64,000 nucleotides of DNA from Octopus sinensis (taxonomy: Eukaryota), in contig NC_043003.1 of assembly GCF_006345805.1 (NCBI RefSeq), forward strand, positions 102,176,001 through 102,240,000, read 5' to 3'. The notes under the pieces were generated by a model, which saw only the letters and a program-made list of their open reading frames with translations, did no database searches and was not told the origin of the DNA. Of the stretch, positions 1 through 13,039 are shown one piece after another; position 1 is the first letter of the stretch, and every line of letters begins with the position of its first letter. The position numbers were made by a program, and so were the translations under genes.

Positions 1-660
1 ACATCTTTGATAGTTAAAGAGACATTCATGAGAAGTGGACGTACAAAGCAGAGATCTGATTGAATGCAGTGTGTCTGGAAGAACTATTTCCCATGAAGGT
101 ACTGGAAGGGCACGAGTTTCAAAGAGAGTAGTACTGATTTCCAAATAATATCCTTATATCTTTCTACCTGACTGTTCCCAGTGGGATTGTATGGTGTTGT
201 CGTATTTGTTGCAATGCCCTTACTAAGGAGCCATTCTCTCAATTTTGTAGACATAAAGGCAGTTCCATGATTGGAATGTACGTAACTGGACATATTGAAA
301 ACTGAAAACAAGTCTGTAAAACATCTTATTACAGTCTGAGCTGATGTGTTCGATACTGGATAACCAAAAAGGAACCATGAGTGTTCGTCAACAATTGTTA
401 GGAGATAAGGATGCTTTGTGGAAGGAATTGGACCTTTGAAATTGGTTGAAATTTGCTCAAATGGCTGCATTATGTGCAATTTGCATAACATTAATTTGCA
501 TAACAGTAACAGAAACTATCTACTACTTCAAGAGAGCCTCCTGGGCATTCGAGAGAGTATAAGTCCTGTGTGCCTTAGTGCTTATTGTTCCTGCACATCT
601 GCCACTCATGAAGGTGGCTTTATCTGTCAAACTACCTGTGATTCCACTGCACTTCTTATG
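1..660 (-). mobile_element. LTR retrotransposon (Gypsy-like) integrase core fragment, degenerate
   Basis: ORF 84-491: PFEQISTNFKGP...YLLTIVDEHS...VHSNHGTAF...TTPYNPTGNSQVER. This is an rve integrase with decayed DDE residues. Confidence 0.8.
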
Positions 661-1025
661 TGGTCATAGCTTACACTGGGTGCAGTGAACAGAAATATAT
701 ATATATATAATACAAATAAGAAAATGGAGAAACAAATTTATCTCATTCATCAACTTATAAATATTACAATTTTACATTATTTATTAATTATACAAATGAG
801 AACATCAAAATCAAACAAAACATTATATAAATCAATAGGTAATATAATAATAAAAACAATACAAATACATATTTTAATAGTCATATTATAAATTATTGAA
901 ATTCATAAACTACTCCTTACAGCTGTTTCAGCCTATGGTCAAAAGTCAATCTGACTTATATATTAAGAGAGTGTGAAGGGAGTGAAGAAGTGAGGGTAAA
1001 AAGATAAAATATGTTTTAAACTCAC

Positions 1026-1145
1026 CTGAGGATAAGCATCATTAACACTTCTACATTTCACAAGGCAACATGAATCTGGCAGACTTAATGGTGTGGCCAC
1101 CTCTCCTTTCCAGTCGGTGTAGTTGTTTACTCCACAGCATTTGTT
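1026..1145 (-). CDS. Tetraspanin, coding exon 5 (EC2 variable region: [12 protein letters not shown]...PDSCCLVKC...AYPQ)
   Basis: 120 nt, phase 0/0, acceptor gttgcag and donor gtgagt. CCG, Y-x-D-W and PxSCC motifs, plus an NYT sequon. The remaining exon(s) are not seen in the window. Confidence 0.93.
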
Positions 1146-1197
1146 CTGCAACACATAAACTTCACTATGTAACATATATGTATATTATGTGTGTGTG

Positions 1198-1287
<90 letters not shown>

Positions 1288-3095
1288 ATGTATGTATATA
1301 TGTCTGTCTGTCTGTCTGTATGTATGTATGTATGTGTATATATATATATATATGAATTTTTTGCATAATGAGATAAAAAACCAAGGCTGTGTAGATATTA
1401 GAACATTTATAGATAGGTCTTACAGCTGTTTCCAGGATATTTATTAATTAGATGGTGTGAGAGGATGGTTAAGTAATAGTTAATTTAGATAGGATACAAA
1501 ATAGAGAGTGAAGTGGAGGAAAGAAAATAGATGTGAGATATGTAGGGATATTGAAGTTAGTTGAACAAATAAAATCTCACCTACATATATTTATATACAC
1601 ACATACACAAACATGTACTATTAAAAGACATATGCACATATACGAAAATATATAAATGTGTGAGTGTATGTGTGTGTGCATGTATGTGTGCATGTATGTG
1701 TGTGTATGTGTGAGTATGTGTGTGTGTGTGTTCAATGATTCAGCTGTGAGTTTACATAAGTAATTCAAGAACTGAGATTTTTGTGCATTGCCCTTATCAA
1801 ATTCAATGTACGAAACTCTCAGCTCTTGGGTCTCTGATATTATTTTACAACTGAATAAAACATATATACAATCTTATGCATTGATGTCTATTTTTCCTGT
1901 TTTTTCTAGCATTCAAGTAAAAGCTATTTTGCTGCACTCCCTGTTTGTTAATTAATGGTAATCTAGTAAACAAGATAGTTTTATATTTACAATTTCATCT
2001 TCTCAACTTGATAATTATTAGATTGCTACACACCATGTCTAGCTACTTCACTTATGCTTGTACATAAGATATTTAATTATTTGGTTAATGTATTTTGAAA
2101 ATGTAACAATTGTGCATAAAATATTTAATAGTAGTCTCCTGTTCACCATCTTGGATTCTGTACAGGAATCCCTTGCTTTATGGAAATAATGCATTCCCGA
2201 AAATTTGTCCATAACATAAAGTCTTATAATGTGAAATTAATTTTCCTATTAATAAAAAATAATAATAATTACAACTCATCTAAAGTGTATATATAATCAG
2301 GTGTAGTTTCGGCGGATCAAGTGAGATTGCATTCCTATGGACATTATTAGAAAAAAAAATAGCACAAAAAACAACAGAGAACAAGCAGCATGGTCACCTT
2401 AATACATGAAAATAATTTCTAACCATACACAGTAGAAAAACATTTTAAGAGAAATAAATCAGAGAATTATAAGGGTCATAACGTCTTAAGAGTTTGTTTT
2501 TACCAGAAATGTTTTTGTGGCTGTGTGAGGGGTGATAGTGGAATGAGCATTACTACTAGGACAAGGGACAATATTTACTATCTTATAGTTTATTATCATG
2601 AACAGCAGTTTGAGGGGTGAACTTATCCAAAGTTGTTTGTTGCTTATGATGCATCATCTCTTTATACAGTTCAGTTGGAACTGAACTCATTGTAAACGCC
2701 TCTTGTAATTTTTATATTATATTCAGGATAAAGACTGTTATTAGTAAAAACCTGCAAAATGCTTAGCAGTATTCGTCTGTGTTTATGTTCTGAGTTCAAA
2801 TTCCGCTGACGTCGACTTTGCCTTTCATTCTTTCAGAGTCGATAAATTAAGTACCAGTTGCATACTGGGGTTGATCTAATCGACTGGCCCCCTCCCCTAA
2901 AATTCTGGTTATATCCTTTAAAGTATTATTTTGTGATGTTCAGACTGATACCACGAGTTTACTTTCAGATATACTCATTAGGTTATTTTTTTGTATTATC
3001 TGAAATAGAATACCTGCATATCTATTAATCCCCATAACTGAATTATATATATATATATATATGTGTGTGTGTGAGAGTGTGTGTGTGTGTGTATA

Positions 3096-3131
<36 letters not shown>

Positions 3132-3167
3132 TGTATGTATGTATGTATGTATGTATGTATATATATT

Positions 3168-3945
3168 GCATGGTCGGGTCGTCGGCAACTAAACCGGCAA
3201 CCCTGCCAAGGTTGCTTGGTGAGGAGGGTGTTTATTGGATACCCTGCAGGATGAAAAACAAAACCCGTCGAAGGGCAGAGGAACTCTTGAGAGTCAACGG
3301 CCATCCAATAGCCATGGCCTATGCCAGAGTCACATAACCGGCCCATTTAAGAGTACCCTTCAATCATTTGGCAATATGCTGTGCTCGAGAAGACCTTTGA
3401 GTCAAATAAAAGCATTGTCATGGATGATGCACCTGTGCCAGTGACATGTAAAAAGTACCATATTAGCGTGGTCGATGCCAGTTCCACTGAACTGGCTCCT
3501 GTTGCACATAAAAAGCACCATTCGAGTGTAGTCATTGCTTGACTGGTTCCCATGCCAACGGCACAGAAAAAGCACCATTCCAGTGTGGTCATTGCCAGTG
3601 CCAATTGACTGGCTCCCATGCTGGTGGCACGTAAAAAGTACCATTCACATGTGGTTGATGCCAGTGCCACCTGACTGGCTCCTGTACTGGTGGCATGTAA
3701 AAAGCACCTACAACAGTCTCAGAGTGGTTGGTGTTAGGAAGAGAGAATAAAAGAAACTTTTGGAGCTATCAGTCAATCATGGCAGCCACTCATGAGGCTT
3801 TGATCAGCCTGCGGCAATAGTAGAAGACACTTGCCCAAGGTGCCATGCAGTGGGAGTGAACTTGGGATAATGTGGTTGAGAAGCAAGCTTCTTACCACAC
3901 AGCCATGCCTGAAAAACAGACATTAAAGGATGATGATAATAATGA
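3168..3945 (+). mobile_element. Non-autonomous retroelement/SINE with an internal ~60-bp minisatellite (3430-3710)
   Basis: Repeated units gactggctcc...tggcacgtaaaaagcaccatt...gccagt. The same units recur in reverse at 50630-50800 and 54242-54330. (GAT)n tail. Confidence 0.6.
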
Positions 3946-4226
3946 TGTATGTATGTATTTATAATTGTAGTATAGGCTTGACTTAATGCTAGTCTAAGGA
4001 AGTGCTATATTCAACCACACATAACATATAATCTTCACATGGAACCATTTGCATGCAATATGGTGACAAGTGGGGTTGCACAGATACATTTGTAATGAAT
4101 ATGAACACTGTGCTAAATTCATTCTTTATCTTCTTCATTATCTTACATTTGTGTGTGTGTGTGTGTTTGCATGTGCATGCGTGTGTGCACATGAGTGTGC
4201 GTGTGTGTATATATATATTCACAATA

Positions 4227-4452
4227 GGCGAGCTGGCAGAAACGTTAGCACACCGGGCAAAATGCGTAGCTGTATTTTGTCTATCGTTACGTTCCGAGTT
4301 CAAATTTTGTCGAGGTCAACTTTGCCTTTCATCCTTTTGGGGTTGATAAATTAAGTACCAGTTACGCACTGGGGTTGATGTAATCGACTTAATCCCTTTA
4401 TCTGTCCTTGTTTGTCCCCTCTGTGTTTAGCCCCTTGTGGGTAGTAAAGAAA
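4227..4452 (+). mobile_element. tRNA-derived SINE (representative copy of an abundant family)
   Basis: B-box-like gagttcaaatt followed by core ctttgcctttcatcc...ggggttgataaattaagtaccag. Other copies near 2740, 19305 and 38625 (+) and 14965, 24655, 31570, 38075, 61935 and 62840 (-). Confidence 0.75.
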
Positions 4453-4642
4453 TATATATTCACACATAGACACATACATAATGCATATATGTATAAAAAT
4501 GGATGCATTAGAACTGACTACAGAATGCAATGAAAGACACACAGAATCCTACAGACTTTTCTTGGCACTCACACAATTAAAGACACACATGTAGAGAGAG
4601 AATCAGATAGACAAATAGACAGAAAAATGATATTCCACTCAC

Positions 4643-4720
4643 CGTTTGCTGGATGATGTCCCAGCTTTCAGCACTCGTCTTCATATTCTCAACCAGTTTG
4701 TCGATTAAGTCAGTCTCCAA
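4643..4720 (-). CDS. Tetraspanin, coding exon 4 (EC2 helices: LETDLIDKLVENMKTSAESWDIIQQT)
   Basis: 78 nt, phase 0/0, acceptor ttttcatttag and donor gtgagt. W-D-x-x-Q motif sits just before CCG. Not in the ORF track; translated by hand. Confidence 0.9.
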
Positions 4721-5460
4721 CTAAATGAAAATCAAAAGCATCAATACACAGAAACATGGCAATTACACAGAATGAGAATGTACAATGTTATTAATCCTTC
4801 TGTTATGAGGAAGAAAGTACCATATTATATTATTGGTACCTAGTTTGAAAATACATAATATAGTACTGTTGTATATTTGAGACAAATGTTAATACATAAT
4901 AGAGGAATGAAATGGAGACATATCGCAGAAATATGTCATTCGCAGCTTAATGAATATCACATCAAAGCTTAACATGTTTTGCTTTCAAACTCTTAATTTC
5001 ATAATTTTAGTTTCAATTTCATAGTTTATTTTAAGTTTATTTTTTATCTTTATAATTTATTTTTATGTTTTAATATTTTGCCTTTAAATAATAGTTAGGG
5101 TTAGTTGAATTTTAAGTTTTAATTTTAATATGTAAAAAAATTTAATTTTAAAAATTTAATTTTTTAATCTTGAAATTAAAAAAAAATTTCAATATCACAT
5201 TACTTTTTAATATTTGATTTTAATATCTAATGTTTTGATTTTAATATCTAATGTTTTGATTTTAATTTTTAATTTTTAACATAATTTTAGAATATTTATC
5301 AATTTTTGAGAAAATTTTTGGGTATTCTAATTTTTATTCTTATTTTTAATGTTTAATAGTTAATATTTAAATTTTAATTTTAAAAATTTAAATTCAAACT
5401 TTTAAATGTTGAGTAATGGATAGCTAATACCATCCAACCCTCTAGAAATATTAATAACAA

Positions 5461-6365
5461 GGTTATTGTATCTGAAGTCAATCCCAATAGAATTAAATTT
5501 ATGTCAAGTAACTCTAAGATTAAAAATTCTATATACCAGTGTATAATCAGTACTCGTAATAAAGTACGATTTTACATTGGAAGCACATCGTTAGAGTTAT
5601 CTAAAAGAATTTCTATCCATTACTCAACATTTAGGGATAGAAATAAACGGAATAGTACCGGTCTCAGCAAACTGATTTGGGATTTAAAAGACCACAATGA
5701 ACAATTTCATTTAGAATGGTTGATCCTCTCAATTTCGATACCATATGACAAAGGCAAGAAATTCTGTCTTCTCTGCAATTCTGAGCTATTTTTTATTATT
5801 TATTCTAAAATACTCTAGTAAACACGGTTATAGAACGAGCATACAGATGTAAGCATTGGCAAAAACATACATTTAGTGCATATAAGTAGTCTCTATCATT
5901 ATATATAATTTAAACTTTAATTTCCTTTATATTTAACATTCACTATTAATATCCCTACTCTTTCTGTTAGCTACTTATGACGTTATATCATATAACGTTT
6001 TTTTAAACAATATTAATAGCGTTCTGTCTATCGCTATACAAATCCATCATTTTTTGCTAAAATGTCGTATTGACGAGTTTCGTTTTTTTCACTATCCCAA
6101 AGAGAAGATTGCATTGTTTATACCATTTATTCTTTTGAATAGTATCAGTGGAATTTTCGAAACATGTGTCGAAAGTAAAAATACTTGTTTAAACCTGCGT
6201 TAACTCCATTTTTTATTCTTATTATTCAAAATATTCAACGTAAACACAAAGTTTCAACCTTTATAAACAAGGAGTTACAACATCTTTACTTGTGAGATTT
6301 TTGCTGCCCTGGTAACTATTTATTTTTTTTTCCGTGTTAATTGTTAACAAGGTAAAAATACACTC
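5461..6365 (+). mobile_element. Penelope-like element 3' fragment: GIY-YIG endonuclease plus 3' tail ending at (TA)n
   Basis: ORF 5501-5818: IYQC...FYIGST...KRISIH...STGLSKLIWDLKD...C-x-x-C-x-x-E, typical of the PLE endonuclease. No RT seen upstream. Confidence 0.8.
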
Positions 6366-6377
6366 ATATATATATAT

Positions 6378-6449
<72 letters not shown>

Positions 6450-6494
6450 CATATATATATATATATATTATTTATACATATATACATATATATA

Positions 6495-6573
<79 letters not shown>

Positions 6574-7846
6574 ACATGTATATTGGTCAATACTTCATAT
6601 ATCCAAAAAGAAGCACACTCTAAAACATTTATTAAAATTACTTCCACCTGTTGATGATATATCACATTTACCAGGGACATTTAAACCAACTCCTTATGAT
6701 AAGGGGAGATAATTTGAAGAATCAAGAATTCTCAAAAGGTTACATTTCATTAAGGAAAAGGACAGGCTTATTGTATGGAGATAGAGGACAGTCACAGATA
6801 TGTGGCTCTATGTCAGTAAGCATCATCAGTGTTACAGTTGTCCTAATCTATCTCTGGCAGCCAAGAGGCAGAGACATATCCATAAGGAGCAGAATACTTT
6901 TATGGCCTATGTAATTGGCATAAATTAAACAAAAATGAGCTAAATAATTCAGAATGGCCAAGGGAATGTATATGAACAACATAAACAAATACAGGTATAT
7001 TGAGTATCATACAATATAAATTCTTGATTTGTTAAAATTATTTCTACCTCTAGAGCAGGGTTTCTCAACCATTTTTTTTTTATCTATGAGCCCCTTTGAT
7101 AGCTATTTTATTCTGATGGACCCCCATAGCCATTTGATGTTTAAAAATACTTCTTTCAAAATTCCTATTTTGTTTTAATCACACTAACTTGTGTAGGTTG
7201 AACAGTGTAAAACTTTAGAGGAAAAAATCCAATCTGTTTCTTACAGTCCATACCAATATGTGCATCTAAAGCAAAATTTTTCCAGGGGCCCTTAAAATAC
7301 TGTTTGGTTTCATGCCCACCACCACAAACATTATATGGCCTCTGAGGATGTATCACAATTACCAAATGGCAATTAAAACCAGCTTAATATGAAAAATGGG
7401 GAGATGACCTCAAAAATTTAGACTTCAATCCACCAATATGAGTATATTGTGGATGTGTTAAATGACAATTTTTAATATTGGTCATGAATTTGTTAGTGAT
7501 GAGTGTTGTCAATTAAATCAACACCAATATATGACCTGTATGCATTTTATTAACCTTGAATAAATGAAAGTAAAGTTAGTAATGACAGAATTTGAATCAA
7601 TGGGGAAACAAATGTAATCCTGTTAGAAATTGTTACTTTGTTAATCTGTGTGTTGAATAATGAATGTTGATTAAAGTTTGATCATCACTCAGGATAGAAT
7701 GTCTAAATTGTAGACAGGGTGCTATGTGTACATAACAGTGAAGGTAGTATGTTTATATAGAAGTCAGGACACTATGTCTGTAACAATCAAGGTACTGTCT
7801 TTATAAGAAATAACAGTGGTATCTCTCTCTTGTTCTCTTTCTCTCT

Positions 7847-7878
<32 letters not shown>

Positions 7879-8848
7879 TTATCCCTATAAACACACACAT
7901 GCACACAAACATACAGAAGTAAAATGTCATCTCACTATAGGACTCGTGTACTATGTCTATAAAATAGGAAGAGTACTCTGAATAAATAGCTGTCGGAATG
8001 CTTTGTACTGCAATCACAGTATTGTACTTGCATAACAATCAGAAAACTATCTTATACACGCTCACAACATACACAAGTAACTCAAAGGGCAAGAGTTGTG
8101 TGCACTCAGGTTTGTAACAACACAAACATGCATATCCATGTGCATATACACACACTAACACACACATCAGAAAGATAATTATGTCTATATAATACTCAGA
8201 TTTCTATGACTGTTCTGTCAGGTTACTATGTCTATATTGCAATTAAATAACTGTTTGTATAGTTATCTTTATGTTTATATAAGAGTCAGGTTACTATGTC
8301 TAAATAGTAGCCAAGAAGCGTCAATGAATATTCAAAGTTAGTATTCCTTCAAGTCCTAAAGAACATTACAAGACAGTGCCACATCCAGGTTTCCAGGGAA
8401 CATGCCACCTATGGAAGCTGGTTTTGTAGTTTATGTAATAGTTAAAGGGGTAGTTAATGTGGTGGCGATTGGGTGTGGTAACCTGTGACATTGGAGTAGT
8501 AGTTGGTGTGGTAGTTGGTGTGATGGTCGTATGAAGTTTTGTGCATTGCACTCAGCTTTGTAACAACACAAACATGCACACCCATGTGCATATACACACA
8601 CTAACACACACATCAGAAAGGTAATTATGTCTATATAATACTCAGATTTCTATGACTGTTCTGTCAGGTTACTATGTTTATATTGCAATATGGTGTTAGT
8701 GATGGTTGATATGGTGTTAGTGATGAGTGTTGTCAATTAAATCGACTCCATTATATGACTGGTATGTGCAGTATGTATGCTGTGTTGATTAAATTAACAG
8801 AAGTCTAACAGGAAGAGGCTCACAATTGAAAGAGATGATGTTACTTAC

Positions 8849-8923
8849 CTCATTCTTACGAACCAGACCAATCACTCCTGCTGCAATCTCGATGCAGAAT
8901 ATAGTGGACACACACAGTATATA
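8849..8923 (-). CDS. Tetraspanin, coding exon 3 (TM3: YILCVSTIFCIEIAAGVIGLVRKNE)
   Basis: 75 nt, phase 0/0, acceptor atattacag and donor gtaagt. Conserved polar Glu in E-I-A-A-G. Confidence 0.93.
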
Positions 8924-9009
8924 CTGTAATATATAGAATTTAAATGTGTTATATATACTTATGATGAATGCAAATAAGATATACTGTAATATGCAGAATG
9001 TATACATGT

Positions 9010-11650
9010 TACATATTTATTGATACAATGCAAGACAATACAAGTCTAACAGCTGTTTCTGATCAAAATACCAGGATGCAGTCTATGCATAAATGCGAGA
9101 ATAAAATTCTTCATCTTGGTAGGGCATTCGAATTAAGACAACAGATCTTCATCAGAGTGAGAAACAAGAGCATACAATATATACAAAAGGAAAAAGGAAA
9201 AGGATATAAAACATGGTATAGACAAAAAGCCTAGAAGCCCAATATGTTAAATGCACATAGTTATTTAGCATCAGGGCTCAAAGAGTGTAGATGAGAGAGT
9301 GAGCTATTAAAGGACTAGGGAATACTACAAATTATTAACGGGAGGGTGCAGTTAGGAGGTGGGGGTCGGAGTGTTAAGAAAAAAGAAGTTATCAAGAAGC
9401 TCTATGTAAAAAAAATAAAATAATATTAACATAAATATCAAAGGTCAAACCTAAGTAAAGATAAACAAATTACTTAAGTAAAGATAAACAAATTAAAGTA
9501 GGTTACTAAAGTAAAAATTTACTTGCAAGAAATTAATCCCAAGAATCCCCCCTATGGTCCACAATAGGGTAAGTCTCAGTCCAGCAATCTCTGCATAGGT
9601 CAGTAACAATTTAAACAGATCACCTGTTAAAACTGTTACAAAGAATTTGTTTATAAATAAACAAGAAAAAGAAAGGAAAGCAAACGGTAAAGGAGATAAA
9701 AAAAAAAAGAATTTAAGGGCTGCTTATGTCTTTCAGCATCTTAATGGTATAACATGTGAAAGGGAAACATAATGGGACCAAGAGGTAATTGATTAAAAGA
9801 ATGTAACAGGTCGTGGTAGGTCAGCAGTTCAATGAAAAACAAGGAAAAAAAGGAAAAAAAAGGAAAAAATATATTGCTGAACCTCGTATATAGCAAATTG
9901 TAGTAAAAATTAAGTATATACCAGTATGTAAGAAAAATAAAATGTGCAGGTGATCTACAGAACTTAAAAAAGCACTAACAGTTAGGTGGATAATATTTAA
10001 AGCCAAGTCACATGCTAAAATATCAAATAATGAAACTTCCGAGATAACAACAGCAATCTAATTAAGCTCAAAAGCATTACATAAACATGAAAGTAAATTA
10101 TTTCTATTATTATAAACCCCACCAAAAAATAATATAAAGGCCCTAATGGGTATAATAGATGGGTACAATTAATGCCGAGATCACATGAGATCCTATGAGA
10201 AAAAGTAACCTTGAAATAAGCATTTTACTAAGTAAGCCGAAAAAGCAAAAATAAATGCCCCAAGTTAGGAGAGAAAATTACTAATTAAATCTAATCATTA
10301 AAATTATAAATAAAAGTGTATTAACTCCTGGTGGGTGAAAAAAATATTAGTGGGCTTAGTGTACAAAAAAGTAAAGGAAAAACTAATAAATAAATGATAA
10401 AGTGGAATGATAAAATAAAATGAAAAGAAAAGAAAAGGGTGATAGAATCAAGTATGGGGGTGGGGGGATATAGTACACGTATAAGTTGGGCTAATAATGT
10501 GATGGAAAGCATAAGGCCTTTAGTGTTCTCAGATCAGTAATAATAGATATAAAAAGCAAAATACAAGGGGTTATGTGTTAGTAAAGTGCAGGAAATCCAT
10601 TCATATGGTATATGAGATAGGTAATAGGAATAGGGGGGGGGTTACATTAGAAACTTAACAGAAGGGTAAGGGGAGGAGTTAGATATTTAAGTAACTAGGA
10701 GAGCCTTGGTTATTCATAACAAGATGACATCCAAAAAGAGTAAGATGTAAAACGTCCATTAAACTAAAAGATTTGTATGCTGTGGAATTATACGTAATAA
10801 TATGAGATAATGAAAATATATCTAAAGTTAATAATTATATGAAGTAGGAAATAGATTAGGGTGGGAGGTAACATATAAGACTTAGGGAAAGGAGTAGAGG
10901 TTTTTTTTAATTAGACTACCTACATGAAACTATACTTCTAAGCAAGACAAAAAATAAAGGGATGAGATGTATAACCGATATTAAACTAATGCGGTTACTA
11001 ATTAGAAGCTGTGGGGTTATCAGTACTAATTATGGAGTAGTATGAGTATTTCTAGTGTTATTTATATCTAGTGAAAATAGACCCACCTTTATGCAGGCAA
11101 GCTATACTACGCTCAACTCCCAGGTTCACTAACGTAATTTGTGCAGTTAGGATTTTAAAATCTCATTTATGCAAAGGTGACATTTTCTATTTTTTCCCTT
11201 ATATGAAGGTGCAGTAGCAAGGATCTCACAATTTAATGTGAAGCTTGTGTTACTATCTTTGAGCTCCCAGTCGAATTGATTAAGTTTCTGTTTCCAAAGA
11301 ATGCTGGTGCATGGCCAGTCTATGTTTTATTTCATTCTGGGTTATTCTGATATAACTCCATTTACTAGACTTTCTTGTGACGGTGCATTGATAGATAGCT
11401 TCCTTAATTCTACAGTCGCTACCAAATGTACAGGTATTCCAGTTCCTACAGTCACATAGGTTATTCTGCTGGGTGGAATAGCTACCTAGTGGGGAAAGAT
11501 CAGGTCTGTTGAGGCTAAAGTGGTTACTTTGGTTCTGAGAGCATTCTGTACGAAGGCAGGGGTAGTGGTTATTGTTATTATTACTACTAATGCCACTGAC
11601 CGTACCATATATGTTTCTATTTGAGTAGAAAGTATCTAATTTATTATTAT
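9010..11650 (-). mobile_element. Penelope-like element, 5'-truncated: GIY-YIG (~11460-11100), ~2 kb 3' region, terminal hammerhead-like motif
   Basis: Hand translation (absent from the ORF track): CDCRNWNTCTFGSDCRIKEAIYQCTVTRKSSKWSYIRITQNEIKHR, then a frameshift, then WELKDSNTSFTLNCEILATAPSYKGKNRKCHLCINE. HHR-like motif at 9043-9160 and AATAAA at 9021-9016. Continuity across the 2 kb is inferred. Confidence 0.7.
9043..9160 (-). ncRNA. Degenerate type I hammerhead ribozyme motif (PLE-associated)
   Basis: ct-CTGATGA-agatc...gatca-GAAAC-agct-GTT-ag. A:A mismatch at the base of stem II; stem I is only about 2 bp. Confidence 0.6.
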
Positions 11651-11841
11651 TCAGAGAGGATATAATGCTCAGTTTCTAGACATGAGTGGTCGCAAGACCA
11701 AGGCCTCTTCCACGATTTTTAAGAAATGTGGTGGAAAACCAGCTCAGGAAAGCAGAGATACTACTCCTTGAGACCCCTACCTACTCTAATTAAATATTCT
11801 ACAAGACTTGAAATTGTCGTCCTGCCTTGGTTTTGTTTTCC

Positions 11842-11892
<51 letters not shown>

Positions 11893-11944
11893 CATACATA
11901 AATATATGTATAAAGATATATATATATGAATATATATATATAAT

Positions 11945-12365
11945 TTAGATGACAATTTATTCTCTGTACCCTGTATATATATATATAAGAATAAATTTAT
12001 TCAATAAAATCACCATTAGTTTCAGCCACGGCCTCCAGACGACTTCAGAACCTCCTGCAACTCTTCTAGATGGTTCCCTCATTTAAGTTGGTGAATGCTG
12101 CCATAATATTTGCCTTTAGTTCATCTTTGGTGTTACAAGGAGTTTTGTTGATCTCTCACTCAACTGCGCCCCACACATGATAAATCAAGGGGGCTGCAGT
12201 CTGGGGAGTTAGGTGGCCAGATGTTAGGGGTGATGTGGTTGCAGAAATTGTCTGACAGCCATGACTGGGTTCTCTTGCTTGTATGGCATGGTGTAGAGTC
12301 CTGTTACCAGACATAAGGTCTTTCAGCAGCCACCCCCTTGAGCCAGGGCTCAACATGGAGGCCTA
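11945..12365 (-). mobile_element. mariner/maT (DD37D) transposase 3' fragment with TIR
   Basis: Homologous to 28205-28600 (WPPNSPDCSPLD...VWGAVE). TIR at 11945-11975. Confidence 0.75.
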
Positions 12366-12369
12366 CATT

Positions 12370-12960
12370 ATTATTTAGTACATTTTCACTATTTGATCTC
12401 TTTAAAATTTCAAACAGCTCCATGCAGCAAATCCTGCACCCTTATCTGCTATTTAAGTACAGTTTAGCAACCCTAATGATATGCCAACTCAAATTGAATT
12501 TAACATTGTCATCCTTGAGTTCCCAAATCTTCATGGCTAGTGGTGTCCTGCCAGCCCTGTGTCTTAATTTAAAGGAAGAATTGTGGTTACGTAAGCACCC
12601 CTTCAGATTTATGGAGTAGCCAATATAAGTATAAGTATTGGTCTCTGTTACATCACATTTGTAAACAACATTTACAGCTAGACATTGACCAGGAAATAGA
12701 CAAGATATTTTATCTAAATTATTGCACTCGATGTTTTCTAATACTTGAAATTTATCATTATGGGCATGTGATCCAACGTTATTATGGCATAATAATTCAA
12801 GTTCATGAGAGTTACTGGTGTACAGATGGTAGTTGCTGGGGTTTATATTACTATGATTAATACTATTATGATTATAATTAGTTGCTGAGTCTGGGGTTGG
12901 AGACTGTTGGTACTGGGCATTGCTGTGAGAGATTTGGCTTTCAGATAGTGGCAACCAGCA
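12370..12960 (-). mobile_element. Penelope-like GIY-YIG fragment with N/S-rich linker
   Basis: ORF 12442-12954: QCLAVNVVYKCDV...YTYIGYS...RNHNSSFK...TPLAMKIWELKD. Confidence 0.8.
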
Positions 12961-13039
12961 TCCAAAATTTCAATTTTATAACTAGCGAAAAGAAAAAGAC
13001 AGAAAAAAGGAGAGAAAAAAAGGACAGAAAAAGAAAAGG

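Noticed and set aside
3430-3710. Regularly spaced ~60-bp repeats resembling a CRISPR array
   Set aside because: Whole units are similar to one another (no unique spacers), there are no cas genes, and the context is eukaryotic. It is a minisatellite within a SINE.
4227-4310. tRNA-like A/B boxes
   Set aside because: SINE heads with no full cloverleaf, so no tRNA gene is called.
6065-6176. tTGACGA...cGAAAC-atgt-GTC downstream of the GIY-YIG ORF
   Set aside because: C3 is missing and no stem I pairing is found. At most a heavily decayed hammerhead, so not called.
8366-8551. Mucin-like ORF as an extra tetraspanin exon
   Set aside because: No convincing donor/acceptor pair, and exons 3 and 4 join cleanly without it.
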